From the NCBI GenBank assembly GCA_002501485.1, contig DLTS01000036.1, positions 7,515-71,514 on the forward strand: a stretch of 64,000 nt of DNA, given 5' to 3'. A program made the position numbers and the translations under genes. Shown here in pieces: positions 59,332 through 64,000 of this stretch. Every line of letters begins with the position of its first letter. The first letter of the stretch is position 1. The notes below the pieces were generated by a model. That model was not told the DNA's origin and ran no database searches. It saw only the letters and a program-made list of their open reading frames with translations. This DNA is from Acidimicrobiaceae bacterium UBA7830. GTDB taxonomy: Bacteria; Actinomycetota; Acidimicrobiia; Acidimicrobiales; Ilumatobacteraceae.

Positions 59332-60250
59332 ACACTGCCGTTGGTGATGTGTGTGACTCACGAGGTCGCTGAGATCGACTGAGTAGGACAAGGCCGAGAA
59401 GAATCACTACCCCTGATATCCATCCCTGTGCCGGCAGACGTTCACCAAGTACGACAAATGCGGCGAGTGCGGCTGTGAGCGGCTCGACCAGTGTGATCGA
59501 CACTGCCGTTGACGCATGCAGTTGCCGAAGACCCCAGCCATACAGCAAGTAGGCGATGCCTGCCGTCAAGACGCCAAGGTGAAGCAGCATCACTATGCCA
59601 CTCGTCGACCACACCCAACCTACATCACTGCTCGAGACGACTGAAGCGATCAGAAATGGGCCGAGTATGAATGCGGCAAGAGCAAACTGGGAAGCGAGAG
59701 CCTCGGTTGACCCCACTCCTCGCGAAATGAGGACGCTGGTGGTGTGTGCATACACGGCGTATCCGAACCCGGCAGCCATTGCGGATATCACCCCAAAGAG
59801 CGAGAGCGATATCAGCGATGAATCGTTTGCTCCGGCGGCAGCGAGAATTGCAACTCCAACGAGCATGACTGCGGTGCCGGTGCACCACTTCATGCCTGGG
59901 TTTCTTCGGAGTAGTGCGAGATCGATGAGGCCGGAGAACATCGGGCCGCTTCCGAGCGCAATGACAGTTCCGGCTGCAACGCCCGAACGTTCCACACCAA
60001 AAAAGAACGCTGGCTGATAGAGGGCCGCGCCGAATGCCCCACACAACACGAGGTTGCGATTCACCCCAGTCATTGTGTGGTGTAGTTGCTTCGACGGGCT
60101 GCACATCCACAGAGTGATTGCTCCAAGGGCGATACGGATCGCTCCAACCGTCCACACAGACGTTCCATCGGGGCCGAGCGCTCGAGCGGTGCCTGTAGTG
60201 CCAAAAAGTGCCGCTGCCGCAACAACTGCAAAGATGGCGCGGCCGGGCAT
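59324..60250 (-). CDS. DMT superfamily (EamA-like) transporter
   Basis: About 10 TM protein. The track ORF is trimmed to ATG 60250 (MPGRAIFAVVAAAALFGTTG...). Confidence 0.7.
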   Translation of the reverse strand: MPGRAIFAVVAAAALFGTTGTARALGPDGTSVWTVGAIRIALGAITLWMCSPSKQLHHTMTGVNRNLVLCGAFGAALYQPAFFFGVERSGVAAGTVIALGSGPMFSGLIDLALLRRNPGMKWCTGTAVMLVGVAILAAAGANDSSLISLSLFGVISAMAAGFGYAVYAHTTSVLISRGVGSTEALASQFALAAFILGPFLIASVVSSSDVGWVWSTSGIVMLLHLGVLTAGIAYLLYGWGLRQLHASTAVSITLVEPLTAALAAFVVLGERLPAQGWISGVVILLGLVLLSRSQRPRESHTSPTAVSK

Positions 60251-60307
60251 GACGCCATTGTGACATCGGTTGGGGTCGAGCGGCCGCGTCAATGGCAAAC
60301 TGTCGAG

Positions 60308-60892
60308 ATGAGTTCCGATTCGCTGCCGGCCGATACCTTTGCAACGCTTCGCGCAATTGTGGAAGATCGGCGAACCAACATGCTGGTTGATCGTGACCGA
60401 GAGGTCTCCGAAGACATTGTGCGAGATCTTTGTGAGCTTGCAATGTGGGCGCCGAATCATAAACGCACATGGCCCTGGAGGTTTGCAGCCTTTTCGGGTG
60501 ACGGCAGGGTTCGACTTGGCGAAGCATGCGCTCAAGATCTCACCGCCGGAGGATCTGATGATGAGTTCAAAATTCAAAAGGTTCGGTCAAAGTACACCCG
60601 AGTGCCTTGCGTGCTCGTGGTTGGATCAGCTCCCGATGATCATGCAACGTTTCATGATGAGAATCGTGATGCCGTGTCAGCGGGAATTCAAAATGCATTG
60701 CTCGGGGCAACGTCGCTCGGGCTGGCTTCATTTTGGTCGACGGCGCCGGTCATCGATGGGGCTCACACCCTTGAGCTGTGTGGCTTTGAGTCGGGCACTC
60801 GGCTCATCGGGATGATTTATCTCGGTTGGCCAACTGGCGACACGTTGCCCGGTATGCGACCGGACCTCGAGATCAACATTGTCTCTTCGTAA
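60308..60892 (+). CDS. Nitroreductase family protein
   Basis: From ATG 60308: ...RRTNMLVDRDREVSEDIVRDLCELAMWAPNHKRTWPWRF... is a nitroreductase-fold signature. Confidence 0.7.
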   Translation: MSSDSLPADTFATLRAIVEDRRTNMLVDRDREVSEDIVRDLCELAMWAPNHKRTWPWRFAAFSGDGRVRLGEACAQDLTAGGSDDEFKIQKVRSKYTRVPCVLVVGSAPDDHATFHDENRDAVSAGIQNALLGATSLGLASFWSTAPVIDGAHTLELCGFESGTRLIGMIYLGWPTGDTLPGMRPDLEINIVSS

Positions 60893-60941
60893 CACGGACC
60901 GATCTCATCAATCTTGCGACGCCCTGCGCCCCGCCAGTGAC

Positions 60942-61364
60942 TCAATTCAGAATCTCGAGTGTTTCTTCGGTGATGTCGCCCTCGATGATGCGGTAGCAAC
61001 GTGTTTCTGGTGACTCACGCTTCAACGACACGATGATGTAGTGCCAATTCGGATCTGGCGCTTGACCAACATCGGTCGGGCTTGGAAACGGCTCGGAGTG
61101 AGTGTGGCTGTGAACTACACCAATCACCTCGTCGTTGCGGTCTTCGACTTCGCGCTCGATTCGAAGGTGATCTTTGGGGTCGATCGTGTACACCCGGGCT
61201 GATCCCGCAGTGTTGAAGCATGGGTGGAACTCGTCGACGACATCAGCATCTGAACCGATTGTCGGGCCTGAAATGAGACCGCATGCCTCGAGTGGGTACG
61301 CCTTCACCGCCTCATGGATGATGGCATCGAGAACGGCTCGCCGGATCTGAATCACAACGACCAC
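60942..61364 (-). CDS. JAMM/MPN+ metalloprotease (Mec-like)
   Basis: EACG glutamate motif and HSHTHSEPFPSPTD (H-x-H-x7-S-x2-D), 140 aa. GTG start. Confidence 0.85.
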   Translation of the reverse strand: MVVVIQIRRAVLDAIIHEAVKAYPLEACGLISGPTIGSDADVVDEFHPCFNTAGSARVYTIDPKDHLRIEREVEDRNDEVIGVVHSHTHSEPFPSPTDVGQAPDPNWHYIIVSLKRESPETRCYRIIEGDITEETLEILN

Positions 61365-61374
61365 GCTAGTGGGT

Positions 61375-61812
61375 TCACACGGCTACAAGTTGATGCACCT
61401 CGAGCACTTGATGCTTGCCACCTGCCGAGTAGACGTCAGCGCGCACCGAACGTTGACCGGAGACATCCCAGCCCATCATCTCGGCAAGGAGGGGTTCGAT
61501 TACGCCCCAGGTGCCGTCGGCACCCGTCCAAAACAGCCGACCGTCAAGAAGTGGGCCGCGTAGGGAAATTGTGACCACTCGACGTTGAGGCGTCATCTGC
61601 TGTCCGTGGCGTCGGGCGACAGCCTCGCGAAGGCGAAGTTCTGCTTCGAGGTCGCTGTCGTCGTGCAACGCGAATGCACTCGTTCCCAGCGATGACATGG
61701 CCGCCTGGTCATGAACGTGTTCGATCGGTGTCGACAACCTTCTAGCTGCTGATGGGTGACGCAATACGGCCGCCAATGGTTCTGGGTCGTGATGTGATGA
61801 GAAATTGTTCAT
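61375..61812 (-). CDS. Hypothetical protein, co-oriented 10 nt upstream of the JAMM gene
   Basis: 145 aa from ATG 61812 (MNNFSSHHDPEPL...). No family recognised. Ends ...VYSAGG-KHQVLEVHQLVAV. Confidence 0.45.
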   Translation of the reverse strand: MNNFSSHHDPEPLAAVLRHPSAARRLSTPIEHVHDQAAMSSLGTSAFALHDDSDLEAELRLREAVARRHGQQMTPQRRVVTISLRGPLLDGRLFWTGADGTWGVIEPLLAEMMGWDVSGQRSVRADVYSAGGKHQVLEVHQLVAV

Positions 61813-61902
61813 ATGCAGCACGGTAAGGAAGGGGTGTGACAATCTCCCGGGCGCCCGTGGTCTCGCAGTGCGGTCAGTCGCACTCGGTAACCTTTGTTCA
61901 CC

Positions 61903-62379
61903 ATGGCTCCGCCCGGCACCAAGATCATCGCAAGTAACCGCCGTGCCCGGCATGACTATGCGATTTCAGACTCGATTGAGGCTGGTATCTCTTTGCTGGG
62001 GAGCGAGGTGAAAAGTCTTCGTGAGGCGCAGGTGCAACTCAACGATGGCTTTGCGCGATTCCGCAGTGGCGAGTTGTGGCTTGAGGGGGTTGCGATTGCG
62101 CCCTACGGGTTTGCCGTGGGATTCGGTGCCCACGAGCAGGACCGCCCTCGAAAACTGCTGTTGCATCGAGCCGAACTCAAACGCCTCAGCGACCAGGTAG
62201 ATCGCGAACGGGTGTCGATCATTCCCCTTGCGATGTACTTCAAGAACGGCCGGGTGAAGGTCGAACTTGGAATTGGTAAGGGCCGCACAAAAGCCGACAA
62301 GCGCCAGTCGATCGCTGCAAAAGACGCACAGCGCGATATTGAGCGCGAGATGGGCCGACGCAACAAATACAACAGGTAG
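61903..62379 (+). CDS. smpB: SsrA-binding protein SmpB
   Basis: MAPPGTKIIASNRRARHDYAISDSIEAGISLLGSEVKSLR...; ATG 61903 preferred to TTG 61894. Confidence 0.95.
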   Translation: MAPPGTKIIASNRRARHDYAISDSIEAGISLLGSEVKSLREAQVQLNDGFARFRSGELWLEGVAIAPYGFAVGFGAHEQDRPRKLLLHRAELKRLSDQVDRERVSIIPLAMYFKNGRVKVELGIGKGRTKADKRQSIAAKDAQRDIEREMGRRNKYNR

Positions 62380-62405
62380 TAGTTAGCCAGTTAGCGGCAG
62401 TTGGC

Positions 62406-62999
62406 TCAGCGAGGTTGGCGCCACATCCCCCACTGATGTGGGCCTTGGGATCTGTCATTTTCGTCATCGGTCATGAGATCCCATTCAGTTCTTACCTCGA
62501 ATCCGTGGCGGCGGTAATACGCCACGTTCTCTTCGGTCTCAGTTTCGAGATAGCACCCAAGCCCTTCAGCATCGGCAATCGCAAAGACTTCTCCCATGAG
62601 TGCTGCGCCGAAACCTGTCCGTTGCCAGTCAGGGTGGGTTGCCAACATGTTGAGATACCAGTGGGGCTCCGGAGGTGTGTTCGCCTCAGAGAATGTTCCG
62701 TAGGCCACAAACCGAGAGAGCCGCCATGCCGGGTCATCACGTGGTTCATCCTCAACTTCGGCTTCAGGTCGACCCGGAGGGGTCCACTTGGCAAACGCCA
62801 CCCCATCACTTGTGCACCAGGTGCTGTTCAGCGCCACTCCCCTGCCAATGACCCATCGAAACACTCCTTGACCATTTTGTTCGTAGTCATCGTCATCTGG
62901 AAAGAACCAGCGCATCACCGGATCAGCACAGAATGCCCGCCAACCGGTGACTGCAAGTTGTTTGATTTCGGACGGTGTCGCTTGATGAATACCACTCAT
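62406..62999 (-). CDS. GNAT family N-acetyltransferase
   Basis: Motif A HPDWQRTGFGAALM and ...AYYRRHGFEV. Trimmed to ATG 62999 because the longer ORF runs into ssrA. Confidence 0.7.
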   Translation of the reverse strand: MSGIHQATPSEIKQLAVTGWRAFCADPVMRWFFPDDDDYEQNGQGVFRWVIGRGVALNSTWCTSDGVAFAKWTPPGRPEAEVEDEPRDDPAWRLSRFVAYGTFSEANTPPEPHWYLNMLATHPDWQRTGFGAALMGEVFAIADAEGLGCYLETETEENVAYYRRHGFEVRTEWDLMTDDENDRSQGPHQWGMWRQPR

Positions 63000-63118
63000 A
63001 GGTTCAATAGCCTCGCAGACCGGCAGCGACGCCCCGGTGTCCGGTTGTTTCACCGTTGTTGTAGGTTGAGCGGCAACATAACTACACAGGTACTTGTACC
63101 TAGTGGGTGCGTTCATAC

Positions 63119-63494
63119 GGGGCTGACCGGTTTCGACGTCAGTATCGCTTGGGCGAATCTGCGACCCGAGTTGCTCAGACTCGAGAAACGGGGCAACCAT
63201 AAGAATTGCCGATGAGCAGTTCGCTCTTGCCGCCTGATTCAGGTGAGTAAAGAGTCATCGTGACCAGAAATGGCGCACGGGGCCGGTCCGCCGCAGCCCG
63301 GCAACAGAAGCGGAGGATGACGACGAGAAAGACCGTTGACGGCGAGAAAGACCGCTGCCTCTCAGGAAAGACTGAGCGCTGATCGCAAGATCAATCGACC
63401 CGCCGATGAGCCGGCGTCAGGCTCGCAGACGGGAATGGTCGTAGCGGGTCCGTTCACGGGCTGATGGACGGGGGTTCGATTCCCCCCAGCTCCA
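63119..63494 (+). ncRNA. ssrA: tmRNA (SsrA), one-piece
   Basis: The 5' end GGGGCTGACCGGTTTCGACG pairs with the 3' end ...GGACGGGGGTTCGATTCCCCCCAGCTCCA, forming a tRNA-Ala-like acceptor with a G3:U wobble. Internal tag frame GCC GAT GAG CAG TTC GCT CTT GCC GCC TGA (63208-63237) encodes ADEQFALAA. Lies downstream of smpB; CCA not encoded. Confidence 0.93.
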
Positions 63495-63628
63495 CTTTGG
63501 GGGACTTGTAGAAATACAGGTTTTCTCTAGTAGCAGTCGGAGCTGACACCGGCGCCGCAGTAGTTGTATTTGTTGATCGAGCCACACAGGCGGCTCCCTG
63601 GAAAAGCTGCAGTCTAAGACGGGCAGAC

Positions 63629-64000
63629 TCAGCGGTCAGCGAGCACATTCACCGACATGACTTCATTTAAGTCGATGTAGGCATCTGGGTCTGTAACTGA
63701 TCCGACTGAGTTGTCAAAGTACGTATCAAAGACTGTGATATCCGCAACGACGGTCTCGGCGAGGAGAAGTTGTTTGAGCTCTTGCGCAGTCGCCTCTGGA
63801 TTCTGAAAGAGGAGTTCGACGGCCCTTGCGGCAGCGATGGGTGTCGCATGCGAGGTATCGGCGAACTCATAATCCAGTGGAATCTCGACGAAAACGATGT
63901 TGTCTAGATTTTCTCGGACAAAATCCCCATGAAGATCTACGAGCCCTTGCCGAGACGACACCGATGATGCTTCACCCCAAGCCTCCGAGTAGTCCCGGTA
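63629..64000 (-). CDS. Hypothetical protein, C-terminal part only (5' end beyond window)
   Basis: The reading frame stays open from the window edge to stop 63629 (...YRDYSEAWGEASSVSSRQGLVDLHGDF...NVLADR). About 48-50% GC in hand-counted samples, against about 58% elsewhere. No family recognised. Confidence 0.45.
   Translation of the reverse strand, partial: YRDYSEAWGEASSVSSRQGLVDLHGDFVRENLDNIVFVEIPLDYEFADTSHATPIAAARAVELLFQNPEATAQELKQLLLAETVVADITVFDTYFDNSVGSVTDPDAYIDLNEVMSVNVLADR

Noticed and set aside
63324-63354. Perfect 12-nt direct repeat CGAGAAAGACCG, two copies 19 nt apart
   Set aside because: It lies inside the pseudoknot region of the tmRNA, so it is most simply part of the RNA structure rather than a CRISPR or tandem-repeat array. 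No other repeat arrays were seen in the window.
63000-63648. The N-terminal extension of ORF 62406-63200 and ORF 63454-63648
   Set aside because: Both overlap the tmRNA gene (5' domain and T-arm respectively); ...GGIEPPSISP is the typical translation of a T-arm.

Overview
This is a high-GC (about 57-60% by eye) actinobacterial-type chromosomal segment. It is roughly 95% coding, with about 63 protein genes plus tRNA-Cys(GCA) and the tmRNA gene ssrA.

Most of the content is core housekeeping:
- corC-ybeY-phoH, aroK and menB
- comFC-secA-prfB-ftsE-ftsX
- ahcY, ftsH, divergent birA/accA, lysS-dapD and smpB...ssrA

These are interleaved with transporters (MFS, AzlCD, ABC-2 exporter, two EamA, LysE) and small-molecule enzymes (crotonases, alpha/beta hydrolases, truncated hemoglobin, nitroreductase).

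From about 24.2 to 50.2 kb there is an almost uninterrupted, mostly minus-strand block of cell-envelope glycan genes. It contains manB, a GT-C-like 870-aa membrane protein, a CPBP protease, DUF3499, a 1076-aa GT2-polytopic fusion with a DUF5719-like partner, a Wzx-like flippase, gmd, manC, three GT4 genes, rmlDBCA and an LCP ligase. ftsH and cofD (fbiA) are embedded in this block. As I recall it, the order resembles the mycobacterial sahH...pmmA...fbiA...manB-wbbL-rmlD-cpsA neighbourhood. Many genes are joined by ATGA/GTGA start-stop overlaps.

I found no transposase, integrase, CRISPR array, toxin-antitoxin pair or recognisable defence system, and I cannot point to a clearly novel system. The best candidates for follow-up are:
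- the uncharacterised membrane glycan modules
- a small CxxC membrane protein translationally coupled to menB
- an orphan JAMM protease operon
- an N-terminal octaproline extension on FtsH
- a break in the conserved ftsX-smpB synteny
- a composition drop immediately 3' of ssrA, where the window ends

All coordinates and start sites come from manual reading; no searches were run.
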